Of a stretch of DNA of 64,000 nt, positions 28,900-39,659 are shown piece after piece. Within the stretch, counting starts at the first letter, position 1. Every line of letters begins with the position of its first letter. Source of the stretch: Candidatus Poribacteria bacterium (GTDB lineage: Bacteria; Poribacteria; WGA-4E; PCPOR2b); assembly GCA_965208675.1 (NCBI GenBank), contig OZ242351.1, positions 1,792,001 to 1,856,000 on the forward strand. Reading direction: 5' to 3'. The notes under the pieces are model-generated. The model searched no databases, was not told the origin of the DNA, and was given only the letters and a program-made list of their open reading frames with translations. The position numbers and the translations under genes are program-made.

Positions 28900-29879
28900 T
28901 ATCCCGCCTCCTGTGCTGGCGCCAAGACATCCGTAGTAACCTCGGCGGCGTCCGGAAACGGACTTTCATCGGCGAACTTCACGGCGTTTGCAATCTCGTC
29001 CTTCACCTCGTCTTGAATCGCGGTGTCCTCTTGGTCGGTCAGCCACTGCCGATCCGCCATTAATGCGCGCAGCGTTTTTATTGGGTCATGGTCAGTTCTC
29101 CAGGCTTCAACTTCCTCCAGCGTACGGTATTGTTGTTCGTCACCTAAACTGTGTCCATAGAACCGGTAGGTTCGCGCCTCGATTAACGTTGGCCCGCCGC
29201 TGCTGCGGGCACGATCGATTGCCTCGCGAGCGACTTCGTAAACTTCAATGGGGTCCTGTCCATTGACCGACACGCCCGGAATCGCATAGGCGCCAGCCAT
29301 ATCGGAAACCGAATCGAGCACAGCCACATTCATACGCGGCACCCACTGTTGGTATTGGTTGTTCTCGCAAACGTATACGACGGGAAGCTTCCACAAAGAT
29401 CCGAGCCCGATGCCCTCATGGAAAGTGCCGCGTGCAGCGGCACCGTCACCGAAAAAGCATACGGCTACCTGATCTGTCCCGCGCATCTTGCTGGCAAGCG
29501 CTGCGCCGGTGGCTGGTGCGATGCCGGCGCCGACAATGCCGTTGGCGCCGAGCATGTTAAGCGAGAAGTCCGCAATGTGCATTGAACCGCCTTTGCCGGC
29601 GCAGGTCCCCGTAGCTTTGCCATAGAGTTCAGCCATCATCTGCCGAGAATCAGCACCTTTAGCCAAACAGTGCCCGTGACTGCGGTGTGTGCCCAAGACG
29701 TAGTCATCCTTTCGCAAATTGGAACAAACGCCGACAGCGACAGCTTCCTCGCCGCAGTACATGTGAAGCGCACCCATCACGTTACCGAGATTAGTCTGGC
29801 GGTTTGCTTCCTCTTCGAAAAGCCGAATGCGCCACATATCTTTGTACATGGTCCGGCACAATTCCGCTGAAAGACTCAT
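28899..29879 (-). CDS. TPP-dependent 2-oxoacid/acetoin dehydrogenase E1 alpha (AcoA-like)
   Basis: THRSHGHCLAKG, GKGGSMHIAD, FFGDGA...ENN, TYRFYGHS. Confidence 0.92.
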   Translation of the reverse strand: MSLSAELCRTMYKDMWRIRLFEEEANRQTNLGNVMGALHMYCGEEAVAVGVCSNLRKDDYVLGTHRSHGHCLAKGADSRQMMAELYGKATGTCAGKGGSMHIADFSLNMLGANGIVGAGIAPATGAALASKMRGTDQVAVCFFGDGAAARGTFHEGIGLGSLWKLPVVYVCENNQYQQWVPRMNVAVLDSVSDMAGAYAIPGVSVNGQDPIEVYEVAREAIDRARSSGGPTLIEARTYRFYGHSLGDEQQYRTLEEVEAWRTDHDPIKTLRALMADRQWLTDQEDTAIQDEVKDEIANAVKFADESPFPDAAEVTTDVLAPAQEAG

Positions 29880-29979
29880 AAATTAATCTCCTGGAGTCAA
29901 TATTGTAAAATAATTCTTCAAGCAACAAGGAGGAGCGGAAAAATTCTTCCCCTCCCCCCCTTATAACCCCGCATTCAAT

Positions 29980-30363
29980 TTACTCTGGAGCGCACCCTAC
30001 TGAAGCGTGGATTTGTACAAATCTCCAGCTTCCCTGCTCCTTCTCCAGCACGCCCGTCATACGCATCGAAAGTTTTTCAAATACGCCCTGCCAAGTCAAA
30101 CGCCACACCTGCCGTGTATAAAACCATGCGACGTTGCCGCGCTCTTGAACATCAAGATGTTCAAGAGCGATTGTGAAATCGGCCGCGCACGCGACGAGGT
30201 GTTTATAGTAATCAGCCGTGTTTTCGCCGCCTTCAACAAACTCGCCGGCTTCCGTCCCGATTTTCACATAGTAACTCGCGGAAGACATCATCTCTATAAG
30301 CCGAGGTGCATCTCTCGCGGTAAGCGCATTAAAGTAGCTTTTGACAGTGGCGTGTGCATCCAT
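29980..30363 (-). CDS. SnoaL/NTF2-like protein
   Basis: RMTGVLEK..GSWRFVQIHAS C-terminus. Confidence 0.8.
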   Translation of the reverse strand: MDAHATVKSYFNALTARDAPRLIEMMSSASYYVKIGTEAGEFVEGGENTADYYKHLVACAADFTIALEHLDVQERGNVAWFYTRQVWRLTWQGVFEKLSMRMTGVLEKEQGSWRFVQIHASVGCAPE

Positions 30364-30505
30364 CTTGGCGCAGGAGGCTTAAGTCATCTCGCAGGCATTC
30401 GCGCACGTACGCCGCGGCAAATCAGGCAAAATTCGGCTGACACGGCATCCTGAACTTAGCGGCGAACACAGTGGAAATATCCGCCTCACACTGCAACACG
30501 TTTCG

Positions 30506-31912
30506 CTACGGGTTGTATCCCCGCTCGTTATGCTGCGTGAGGTCGAGACCTTCAAGTTCTTCGTCAAGATCGACACGCAACCCAATTGTAGCATCGATAA
30601 TCTTGAGGATGACGAAAGAGAGCACGCCCGAATAGATTAACGTAAACACAATGCTGATGAGTTGAGCCAAGATTTGCTTTCCGACGGTCACGCCTTCAGC
30701 AAGTCCGACGCCGCCCAATCCTTTTACGACAAACACGCCTGTCAACAAGCAACCGACAATCCCGCCGATGCCGTGGACGCCAAACGCATCCAGCGAATCA
30801 TCGTACCCAAGCGATTGCTTGAGGCTGGTAGCAGCCCAGAAACAGATTGCGCCTGATGCTATACCGATGACGAGTGCGCCAATTGGGCCAACGCTGCCGG
30901 AAGCGGGGGTAATCGCCACAAGGCCGGCTACGGCGCCGGTAACGATACCGAGTACGCTGGGTCTGCCGTGCCTTGCCCATTCGACGAACATCCAAGCTAG
31001 CGCCGCTGCCGCCGTCGAAATCTGAGTTACAAGCATGGCATTACCAGCCCCACCGTCAGCAGCTAACTGGCTGCCCGCGTTGAATCCAAACCAACCGACC
31101 CAGAGCATCGAAGCGCCAACCACCGTTAATGTTAAGCTGTGCGGCGGCATTGGCCTATCCGGATAACCGCGCCGTTTGCCGATTACAATCGCCGCAACGA
31201 GTGCGGCAATTCCGGCGTTGATGTGCACCACCGTTCCGCCGGCGAAATCGAGCGCGCCCAATATACCCCCGAAGAAAGAACCGGGACCGCTCCAAGCCAT
31301 GTGGCACAGCGGCGCATATACGATGATTGACCATATTCCCATAAACCAGAGCATCGCAGAAAACTTCATCCGTTCTGCAAATGCCCCCGCAATAAGTGCG
31401 GGCGTGATTATGGCAAAGGTCATCTGGAACATAACAAAGACATTTTCCGGAATACTGCCGGATAGGGTGTCCGGCAATACGCCTTGGAGAAAAACCTTGC
31501 TAAAGCCTCCCACAAATGAATGGAGGTTGACTGTTCCTTCTTTCATACCCGTGGTGTCAAATGCCAAACTGTAGTTACACACCAGCCATAAAATGGTCAT
31601 CAGTCCGGTCAACGAAAAACACTGCATCAATACCGACAGGACATTTTTCGTGCGCACTAGGCCTCCGTAGAAAAGCGCAAGACCGGGAATCGTCATGAAC
31701 AGTACGAGTGCAGTTGAAGTGAGCATCCAGGCTGTGTCGCCCGAATCGAGGCCATCGTCTGCCAACGCAATCGTCGGCATAGCTAGCAAGGTTAGTGCAA
31801 ATAGCACCGCCAAGCCGATTCTATGTTTGCCTAGACCTGAAAGCCTTTCTTGTTTATTTTGGAATTTCATAAATTCTGATGCATCCTGTTGCATCGTAGA
31901 CCTCCATTTCAA
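30506..31912 (-). CDS. amtB: Ammonium transporter
   Basis: GDTAWMLTSTALV, FQMTFAIIT, DFAGGTVVHINAG, WFGFNAGS, DDSLDAFGVHG. Confidence 0.96.
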   Translation of the reverse strand: MKWRSTMQQDASEFMKFQNKQERLSGLGKHRIGLAVLFALTLLAMPTIALADDGLDSGDTAWMLTSTALVLFMTIPGLALFYGGLVRTKNVLSVLMQCFSLTGLMTILWLVCNYSLAFDTTGMKEGTVNLHSFVGGFSKVFLQGVLPDTLSGSIPENVFVMFQMTFAIITPALIAGAFAERMKFSAMLWFMGIWSIIVYAPLCHMAWSGPGSFFGGILGALDFAGGTVVHINAGIAALVAAIVIGKRRGYPDRPMPPHSLTLTVVGASMLWVGWFGFNAGSQLAADGGAGNAMLVTQISTAAAALAWMFVEWARHGRPSVLGIVTGAVAGLVAITPASGSVGPIGALVIGIASGAICFWAATSLKQSLGYDDSLDAFGVHGIGGIVGCLLTGVFVVKGLGGVGLAEGVTVGKQILAQLISIVFTLIYSGVLSFVILKIIDATIGLRVDLDEELEGLDLTQHNERGYNP

Positions 31913-32250
31913 ATTGGATGTTGGGTGTACTGAAAAACTGAATACGGCAATAGAATAGCGTGATTCTGGAATGCGTTCGGCGCAAAGGAATTATGTTAAC
32001 ATCGCTATTTTCAATCGTATGCCTCAAAAACTATCCGTTCAGTCGCTGGGAGTTGAACTTGCTACACATTCTAGCACAATACCGAAATCTAATCAACCAC
32101 AAAACTCTCAGTTGCAAACCACCATGCAGTAACAAAGCTATCCTGACAAATCAACCGGCGATCCGTAATTGATTGGCGTCGGTTAAGCCGCGCCAAATCA
32201 CCGTAAACACTCATACACAGCCCTTTAAATTTCGGTCTTTGCGCTGAACA

Positions 32251-34092
32251 TCACCGAACCACAGCGAATTTACCGCTCGATGAAATCTTCCCTCTCCCCG
32301 ATAATATTGGCGCTTCAACGTGGTAGACATAAATCCCTGGGGCGATTAGCTCGCCTTCGTTATTTCGCCCATCCCAATGTTCAACCGGCCCCTCTTTGGC
32401 GCGGTCAATCAACTTGACGAGGTTTCCGGTACTGTTGTAGATGCGGATTGTTGCGTGCCGCGTCAAGTTGTGAAATTCAATAGAGTTGGCATCCGCACTG
32501 GGACGATACGGGTTCGGAACAACAATCACATTTTCCAAGTCTAATGGGGCAGCGGCGGAAACGCCTTCCGGAATTACGATGCTTGCCGAGGAGGAGAAGT
32601 TACTTCGTCCATCGAATTCATTTGTCGCATTAATTGCGTAGAAATACCTTAATCCCGGATACACATCGACATCGACAAATCTAGTAGGTTCCGCGGGGAC
32701 AGATGCTATCGGTGTCCATGGAGATTCTCCTGTGTGATTACGGTTGATAATATACCCCGCAATCGGCTCGGCAGATTGCTTCCATTCGAGTATGACGCGA
32801 TTCCCGCTAAGCGTTGCTGTTAAGCCTTCCGGCGCGCCCGGCATGAGATTTGGAATGACACGAACTTCAGGTGAGTCAAATTCAAACGGCCGTCCATTTA
32901 AATCAATAGGGCGAAGTTTATAAATGTGTTCCACCCCAAATTGATTGATTTCTGTATCATCTGACGAAATTCCGCTTACGGTTTTGAGTTGTTGAAAATT
33001 CTGTTCTTCGGCGGTTCGCCTCAAGAGCGCGTATCCGGCTACACTTGGGTTGATTGATGCCTCCCAATTTAACGCAACACCATCAGGGGTGACTTCTGCG
33101 CTTAGCCCCTGCGGCGCAAAACTGATGCGCCGCGCCGCATCAATGTTCTTTTGGAGATCTGCAAGATTTTCGCCTCCAACGAGTGCGAAGGTGACCGTAA
33201 CGAACTTTTTCGCTCGAATGTCGTATGGTCCTGCTGAGATTACCGACATGTAATCCCAAGCTGGAAACCCAAGCTCCTGTATATCCTGTCGGCTCGAGGC
33301 AAAAAAGGTGGGAGGCGCCAACAACACCGATCGGTTGGCATCAACGAAGATGGAGCTGAAAAGCTGACCGCTCGGGTCAAAAAATGGGACGATTTGTTGA
33401 ACGCTGAATTTACCGTCAAGCAGAGCCAAACCCATGTGCGCCGGATTGATTCCGTCTGTATCGTCCCCATCGTAAGTCAATAACGTCTGGCGGCTTTCGT
33501 CCCAATCCACCCAATCCAGGCTCAACTGTCCAGCGCCGAGGTCTGTTCCATCCACATCCCAATTTGTCATCATGGCGACGTAGATACCGCTGAGATTAAC
33601 GTTGCTGTCATTCGTAATAATGAGCTTAATCACTATGAAATCGTCTGCATTAGGAAACGCGTTCGTGCTCCAAGAATAACTCTGCTGATCGACTAAAATA
33701 TCGAGCGGGAAGTCCGGATTGCGTGACGAACTGTATTGAGAGGTCGCGATTTCCCTGCCATCCGCCTCTACGACCTTATTAATTGCGCCGGTTTGGGTGG
33801 TCGCCCATTCACCTAAAAGAAATCGGTCGGTGAACTCCCATACATTTGCAACGTTTCCGTTCAAATCGCCAACCCAGATTTCAGATTGAGCCTGCAAATA
33901 ATAAATATCCTCGGTTTTTGGAAATCTGAAATTCGGGGCAAGGCTCCCATCTCTAACTGCCCCCAATGAACCAAAGTCTGATACGGAAACCTGGACATTC
34001 CCTGATGTATGGGACAGAAACGCATCGGCGTGCGCATGCATCTGAATCGTCAACAACCAGACAAAACTCAACGCTATTTTTCGAATTTTCAT
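32251..34092 (-). CDS. Secreted protein with fibronectin III repeats and C-terminal FlgD-Ig/T9SS-like domain
   Basis: Signal peptide, APQGLSA/APEGLTA Fn3 motifs, VPNPY...IYNSTGNLV...WDGRNNEG...GIYVY. Confidence 0.75.
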   Translation of the reverse strand: MKIRKIALSFVWLLTIQMHAHADAFLSHTSGNVQVSVSDFGSLGAVRDGSLAPNFRFPKTEDIYYLQAQSEIWVGDLNGNVANVWEFTDRFLLGEWATTQTGAINKVVEADGREIATSQYSSSRNPDFPLDILVDQQSYSWSTNAFPNADDFIVIKLIITNDSNVNLSGIYVAMMTNWDVDGTDLGAGQLSLDWVDWDESRQTLLTYDGDDTDGINPAHMGLALLDGKFSVQQIVPFFDPSGQLFSSIFVDANRSVLLAPPTFFASSRQDIQELGFPAWDYMSVISAGPYDIRAKKFVTVTFALVGGENLADLQKNIDAARRISFAPQGLSAEVTPDGVALNWEASINPSVAGYALLRRTAEEQNFQQLKTVSGISSDDTEINQFGVEHIYKLRPIDLNGRPFEFDSPEVRVIPNLMPGAPEGLTATLSGNRVILEWKQSAEPIAGYIINRNHTGESPWTPIASVPAEPTRFVDVDVYPGLRYFYAINATNEFDGRSNFSSSASIVIPEGVSAAAPLDLENVIVVPNPYRPSADANSIEFHNLTRHATIRIYNSTGNLVKLIDRAKEGPVEHWDGRNNEGELIAPGIYVYHVEAPILSGRGKISSSGKFAVVR

Positions 34093-34156
34093 ATCTCTCC
34101 CGGCTTATTCCAAAACAAAGCCGCACCTTCATCGCTCGGCAGCAGAAAACTAGCCT

Positions 34157-34185
34157 ATCATAGCAAAAGCCAAAATGCCTGTCAA
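34157..34185 (-). promoter_or_regulatory. sigma70 promoter for the Fn3 gene
   Basis: TTGACA-N17-TATGAT with extended TGn. Confidence 0.6.
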
Positions 34186-34319
34186 GGTAAAGATTGCCAA
34201 CGGGCGGCTCGCAAAACAGGCCGTGCACACCGCCGGTCTGCCTCTTGGTCAGCCCTTCTTTCTTAAGTGCGGGGACCGCAAAATTGGCGATTGCGCAGGG
34301 AGGATGGAAACGCTGCATC

Positions 34320-34348
34320 TTGACATAACTTCTGGTTCGATGTATAAT
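34320..34348 (+). promoter_or_regulatory. Consensus sigma70 promoter for SDR/GH116
   Basis: TTGACA-N17-TATAAT exact match. Confidence 0.75.
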
Positions 34349-34508
34349 TCCGATTCGAGGAGGATTCCGCAGATGGCGCAGAATGTGACCGGAATGTGTT
34401 TTCCTCCCGCCCAAATTTTGGAATGTATGTAGATTACTGGCATGGGTGCGCAGGAGGAGTGGGAAAGCCACGGTTCACACCTCTTCTGACGAACTAAGGG
34501 AGTAGCGA

Positions 34509-35333
34509 ATGAAAATAGACGGAATATCGGCGATTGTCACCGGCGGCAGCATGGGAATCGGTCGTGCAATTGCCGTCGAATTAGCCGGCCGCGGCGCACA
34601 GGTAGTTTGTACAGCGCGTAGCGAGGCGCGGCTCCGTGATACGGTTGACGCAATCAAGTCGGAGGGCGGGGTTGCGCTTGCCGTGCCAACTGATGTTACT
34701 GACACGAGTCAGGTGGAGCGGATGGCGGCGCAGACACTGAACGCTTTCGGCAAGATAGATGTGCTCATAAACAACGCCGCAGTTTTCCACGGCATCGGCG
34801 GATTGTGGGAGGTTGAACCTGACGCTTGGTTGGCGGATGTCAAGACGAAGTTGTTTGGCGGGTTTCTCTGCTGCCGCGCCGTGCTTCCCCACATGATGAA
34901 GCAAAACAGGGGAATCATCATGAATATGGCTGGCGGCGGGTACGACCAACCCAACGTAGGGGGGACGGGTTATGCGAGCGCCAGTGCCGGACTCATGCGG
35001 CTGACCGATACCTTGGCGTCAGAACTAGGCGATGCGAACAACATTCAGGTATACGGCCTGTGGCCTGGGTTCGTCCGTTCCGAAATGACTGAAATCTTGG
35101 CGACCGCCAAACAGGGGCAACGCTGGTTGCCGCACGTTAAAAAAGGGCTTTCTCTCGGTCAAGATCACGCGGCTGAAGATGTCGCTCTTGCTGTCGTGAA
35201 AATCATTGAGCACACCTGTTCCGCCTTGTCCGGCCGCATTGTCTCGTATGAAGAAGATTTTGAAAAAATTGTCGAACGTGCGGAGGCGATTCGGGAAAAA
35301 GACCTGTACCAACTGCGACTGCGCTCCGAGTAA
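34509..35333 (+). CDS. SDR family oxidoreductase
   Basis: TGGSMGIG, NNAA; catalytic YxxxK appears as YASAS (atypical). Confidence 0.85.
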   Translation: MKIDGISAIVTGGSMGIGRAIAVELAGRGAQVVCTARSEARLRDTVDAIKSEGGVALAVPTDVTDTSQVERMAAQTLNAFGKIDVLINNAAVFHGIGGLWEVEPDAWLADVKTKLFGGFLCCRAVLPHMMKQNRGIIMNMAGGGYDQPNVGGTGYASASAGLMRLTDTLASELGDANNIQVYGLWPGFVRSEMTEILATAKQGQRWLPHVKKGLSLGQDHAAEDVALAVVKIIEHTCSALSGRIVSYEEDFEKIVERAEAIREKDLYQLRLRSE

Positions 35334-35479
35334 GGGAACAAGCATTAATTTTCAATTTCTTATCGTATGAATCCAGTCTCAATGCTATCGTATGTTTTCA
35401 ATTATTTTGCTCTCGTTAGTTTAGACGAAACCTTAAAAACTCTTGCTCTTTTTTTTCAATACTAAAATGAGGTGATTCA

Positions 35480-37891
35480 ATGACGCAAAGCCAGACAGAT
35501 GGTTCCCAAAGCGCGATCAATTCCGGGAATCGGTTGTTTCCGCCCCACCTGCTTCACGCCAGGTGGCACGAGTTTCAAGCTGAAGGGTATGCCGAACCCG
35601 TGACCGGCGTAATTTATCGGGGCAATCCCCGTCCGACGTGCGGCATGCCGCTGGGCGGTCTCGATACCGGTTGTATTGATATCGAACCCAACGGTATGCT
35701 GGGTTACAGTACAATTTTTAATCATTTGGTAAATCCCCGCCTGCTGCTAAACCTCCCCTTTTTGGGGTTGCATTGCGACGAAAAATCCTGGGTGCTGGTT
35801 TCGGATACACTGGGTAAGGACTATACACCGAAGGACAGCGAGTACGTAGCGACCTTCCCGCCAATCGACTACACCCCCCGATTCACCGATATTGAACTGG
35901 AGGGAGTGGAAACCGCTGATTCCATCGACTATTGGGGGCATTACCCAATTGTTGACATGGAATTCAACACGAGCGCCGCCGTGGAAGTTGGACTGCGTGC
36001 ATGGTCGCCTTTCATCCCCGGTGATACAGCGATTTCCATGGCGCCCGGCGCAGTATTTGAACTCACGGTGCGGAATCCTGGAAACGCGGGAAAAAATGGC
36101 ACGCTCGCCTTCAGTTTCCCCGGTTTTGAACTATCCGACGAAGAGAACTCCAAAGACTCAGTCCGCCGCGAAGCGCTGAAAGGCGAGTTGAACGGCTTGC
36201 ATGTTAACAGCGGTGCAAAGGACGATGCCTGGGAGATGGCGTATGTTTTGGCAGCAATTGATGATGCAGTTCGCTGCGGCGGACCGCTGAATACAGAAGG
36301 CGCCGCATGGGCAAAAATTGCCGACCAGCTTCCCAATGCCGGAGCGGGTGAAACCGGCGCGTCTCTGGCGTTCGATTTTAATCTCGATGCAGGCGAATCC
36401 AAAACCTACCGCTTCGTCCTTGCGTGGCACGCGCCGCACTGGAGAGCAGGAGGAGCGCCGTCGCATACGAATTCGAACCTGCTCACGCACATGTATGCCA
36501 AACACCACCCGGACGCAAAATCCACAGCAAATCTGTTAGCAAGCGACCCTGACTCGCTGCTAAAAAGAGTTATCTCTTGGCAAGAAGTCATCTACCAAGA
36601 CCCTGCGATTCCAGGCTGGCTTGCAGATTCGTTGATTAACAACCTTTACTTGATTCCCGAATGCAGCATCTGGGGTCAAGCCAAAGCGCCGATTGGCGAC
36701 TGGTGCGATTCCGACGACGGCGTTTTCGGATTAAACGAATGTCCACGAGGCTGTCCGCAAATTGAGTGCCTTCCCTGCAGTTTTTACGGGAATATACCGT
36801 TGGTCTACTTCTTCCCCGAAGCCGCCTTATCGACCTTACGCGGACAGAAGGCATACCAATACGAGGACGGACGGCCGCCCTGGATATTTGGCGGCGTCAC
36901 CGCCATTGAGGAAGGAAACCGGCCGCCGTATGAACTAAGCAAACCCGATGTCGGCTACCAGACCGTACTGAACGGAGCATGCTACATTATTATGGCGGAC
37001 CGGATTTGGCGCGCCTCCGGAGATGATGGTATGCTCGAGGAATTCTGGGATTCCCTTAAGCGTTGCAACGATTTCTCAATGAATTTGCGGCCAGCCTACG
37101 GACTGTCGCAGGTCATTTCAATGCCTACCCCCGGTACCGACTCACACGGCCTGGGGGACACGGAATGGTTTGAAGCGCCCGAACCCGGCTGGAAAGGGTA
37201 TGTGACTCATGCCGGCGCCGTTCGGCTAGCTCAAGTGCAAATCATGTACCGTATGGCGGAGGCAATGAACGATCATGAATATCTCAAGAAGTGCGGCGAT
37301 TGGATTGAAGCTGGGGAAGCGGCGCTAGAAGAGCACCTCTGGGCAGGCGAGTATTATCTGAACTTCAATGAGCCGGAAACCGGTCAGAAGTCCGATTTAA
37401 TCTTCGGCTATCAGCTTGACGGCCAGTGGATTACGGACTGGCACGGGGTACCCGGTGCGTTTCCCAAGGATCGGGTGGATCAAACGCTTGAGACGCTCCG
37501 GAAATATAACTGTGCGCTCAGCCAGTCAGGCGCGCTAAACTACGCGAGTGCAGATGGGCAGCTTGCCAATGTGGGCGGTTATGGGACTTACAGCTATTTC
37601 CCGCCGGAATTATACATGCTTGCCATGACCTACATGTACGGCGGGCAGCAAGATTTTGGTCTGGAACTGCTTCACAAATGTATGAACAACATCATCTGTC
37701 GATGGGGTTATACTTGGGATATGCCGAACACGGTACGCGGCGATGCCGACACCGGGCAAATGGCGTTTGGCGCCGATTACTATCAGAATATGATGCTCTG
37801 GGGTGCGCCGGCGGCGATTGCAGGGTCAGATCTCACGGGACCGTGTCAGTCCGGCGGGCTCGTGGACCGCGTCATCCAAGCTGGCAAGTAA
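35480..37891 (+). CDS. GH116-like glycoside hydrolase (non-lysosomal glucosylceramidase family)
   Basis: GMPLGGLDTG, WSPFIPGD, LWAGEYY, YQLDGQW. Confidence 0.75.
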   Translation: MTQSQTDGSQSAINSGNRLFPPHLLHARWHEFQAEGYAEPVTGVIYRGNPRPTCGMPLGGLDTGCIDIEPNGMLGYSTIFNHLVNPRLLLNLPFLGLHCDEKSWVLVSDTLGKDYTPKDSEYVATFPPIDYTPRFTDIELEGVETADSIDYWGHYPIVDMEFNTSAAVEVGLRAWSPFIPGDTAISMAPGAVFELTVRNPGNAGKNGTLAFSFPGFELSDEENSKDSVRREALKGELNGLHVNSGAKDDAWEMAYVLAAIDDAVRCGGPLNTEGAAWAKIADQLPNAGAGETGASLAFDFNLDAGESKTYRFVLAWHAPHWRAGGAPSHTNSNLLTHMYAKHHPDAKSTANLLASDPDSLLKRVISWQEVIYQDPAIPGWLADSLINNLYLIPECSIWGQAKAPIGDWCDSDDGVFGLNECPRGCPQIECLPCSFYGNIPLVYFFPEAALSTLRGQKAYQYEDGRPPWIFGGVTAIEEGNRPPYELSKPDVGYQTVLNGACYIIMADRIWRASGDDGMLEEFWDSLKRCNDFSMNLRPAYGLSQVISMPTPGTDSHGLGDTEWFEAPEPGWKGYVTHAGAVRLAQVQIMYRMAEAMNDHEYLKKCGDWIEAGEAALEEHLWAGEYYLNFNEPETGQKSDLIFGYQLDGQWITDWHGVPGAFPKDRVDQTLETLRKYNCALSQSGALNYASADGQLANVGGYGTYSYFPPELYMLAMTYMYGGQQDFGLELLHKCMNNIICRWGYTWDMPNTVRGDADTGQMAFGADYYQNMMLWGAPAAIAGSDLTGPCQSGGLVDRVIQAGK

Positions 37892-37990
37892 TGTCTGCAA
37901 CGGGCGAGAATTTCTACATCGACACTTGACCGTGAACGATGTTCCATAAGATCAGGCGCCCTAACCCTTCACTGTTACACATGAAAACGA

Positions 37991-38023
37991 AAAACCCTCG
38001 ACGTTACTCATGTCGAGGGTTTT
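37991..38023. terminator. Bidirectional intrinsic terminator between convergent genes
   Basis: AAAACCCTCGAC-9 nt loop-GTCGAGGGTTTT. Confidence 0.7.
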
Positions 38024-38090
38024 CATGTTCAAGGCCTGTTACGACATCCGTATTAAACGTTTCCCGTTATTAGATTGTATCGTTATCGCA

Positions 38091-38318
38091 CTAAGTTATG
38101 TTTTTGCGATAGTCTTTCTCGGTCTGGTTCAATTTCCATAATTTCTTTTGATATTTTTCGATCTCCTGCTCAATCTGCTCAATGTGTTCACGGACTCCTA
38201 ATGAATAAAATTCAAAATCCTCTGGCCGGGGATGCTGCCCCCGCAATTCTAAGTATACCTGACGGAATTCCTTTAATCTTTGCTGCGATATTTTAAGTTG
38301 GTGTTCATTTTCAATCAT
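38091..38318 (-). CDS. Small helical hypothetical protein (antitoxin/regulator N-terminus-like)
   Basis: MIENEHQL...EQIEQEIEKY; the ORF-track extension runs through a REP at ~38339. Confidence 0.55.
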   Translation of the reverse strand: MIENEHQLKISQQRLKEFRQVYLELRGQHPRPEDFEFYSLGVREHIEQIEQEIEKYQKKLWKLNQTEKDYRKNIT

Positions 38319-38661
38319 AAAATCCGTTACAAGTCCTCGTAGGTTGGGTTTAGCGTACCTGCGTAATTCTACCATCAGAAACTTAGATCGTACCACCGCT
38401 TTGCATCAAAAATATCATAACGATACGCGGTTGTCAATGAATGTTACATAATTTTTGATTTTGGAATAAGACGATTCAACTGCGAGTTCATCATAAACTT
38501 TGTGCATGTGTTTTCGGTATGATTAGGGAGACATGTCATACTAAGCTAGTCCCTTGTATTTCGCTGTTACGGTACAATACCGTGAAGTCGACTGGTGTGA
38601 TTGTGAGTCTAGGCATCGTCTTTCGGTTGAGATTATCTGACATAAAGATTCAGAACACAAA

Positions 38662-39570
38662 ATGAATCAGTCAAGCGTCGAAAAACTAAACACACACAAT
38701 CGAGACGCGGCGCTGTCCTTGATAAACGATGCTTACGCCACTGTGCGCGGATTTCAGCCGTTCACGATAGCTGATATAATCTCGCTCGCGCAGACGGGTT
38801 TATTCGCTCTTGGTTATATGAATGGTAAGCCGGTCAGTTTCGCATGCGGTTCTATGGCAGAGGAAGGTGAGGCAAAAATTCACTGGGTGGGCGTCCCCGA
38901 AGATTACCGGGGCGAATGCCACAGCCTTCCGCCGATGCAGGCATGCATCAATTTCCTAAGAGATAAAGGCGCAAAGCGGATTGGGGTGGAAAACTGGTTG
39001 GATGCCCCTTACCGCCAGATGTTGAGCCATTTTGATCACGAGGGGATTAAAGTTGAACATGTGCATTCTACCCTTCGGCTTGACATGGGGGACTATGCGC
39101 CGCAGCCGCCCCTGATTAAGGCGGGGTATAACCTGCGAACTTTTCGAGACGGCGATGAGCAAACTTGGGCGGAAATCCGAAATGCGGCGTTTGACGATTC
39201 ATCGAAAGCGGACGAGTTTTGGTCACAAACCTTCTTGGGTGTCAACAAGAAAACAGACTTTGACCCGCAGGGGTTTTTCTTCGCTGAAACGGGAGGAGAA
39301 CCTGTCGGCATGAGCGCAGGCATCGTGCTGCATGATCGAAAAAAGATTGGCGGAACGCTCCCCGGCGGGATTGGTTGGACAGGCGTCCATAATAACCACA
39401 GAGGTATCGGGCTCGGTAGGGCTTTGGTAGTTAGTTCCCTAAATTATCTGCACGGCCGCGGCGTCGCTGTAACGGAAGTTGGCACCGAGTTTTATCGAAC
39501 TGCAGCGGTGAATCTATACGAAAGTCTCGGTTTTCGTATTTACATTGCATGGTTTACTATTGTGTGTTAA
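38662..39570 (+). CDS. Tandem-GNAT acetyltransferase (MshD-like architecture)
   Basis: GVPEDYRG and GVHNNHRGIGLGRAL, AVNLYESLGF. Confidence 0.8.
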   Translation: MNQSSVEKLNTHNRDAALSLINDAYATVRGFQPFTIADIISLAQTGLFALGYMNGKPVSFACGSMAEEGEAKIHWVGVPEDYRGECHSLPPMQACINFLRDKGAKRIGVENWLDAPYRQMLSHFDHEGIKVEHVHSTLRLDMGDYAPQPPLIKAGYNLRTFRDGDEQTWAEIRNAAFDDSSKADEFWSQTFLGVNKKTDFDPQGFFFAETGGEPVGMSAGIVLHDRKKIGGTLPGGIGWTGVHNNHRGIGLGRALVVSSLNYLHGRGVAVTEVGTEFYRTAAVNLYESLGFRIYIAWFTIVC

Positions 39571-39659
39571 CAGGTGTAGTCCCTGTACAAGTCGGTCTGT
39601 CGTCGTAGGTTGGATTACGCAAAACGCTTTAAGCCAACCCGCCTAAGCTAAGAGAACAA

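Noticed and set aside
26650-28936. Long plus-strand ORFs opposite the dehydrogenase genes
   Set aside because: Antisense shadows of GC-rich coding sequence
31913-32250. sigma54 or nitrogen-regulator sites upstream of amtB
   Set aside because: No convincing -24/-12, GlnR/TnrA or NrpR consensus found by eye
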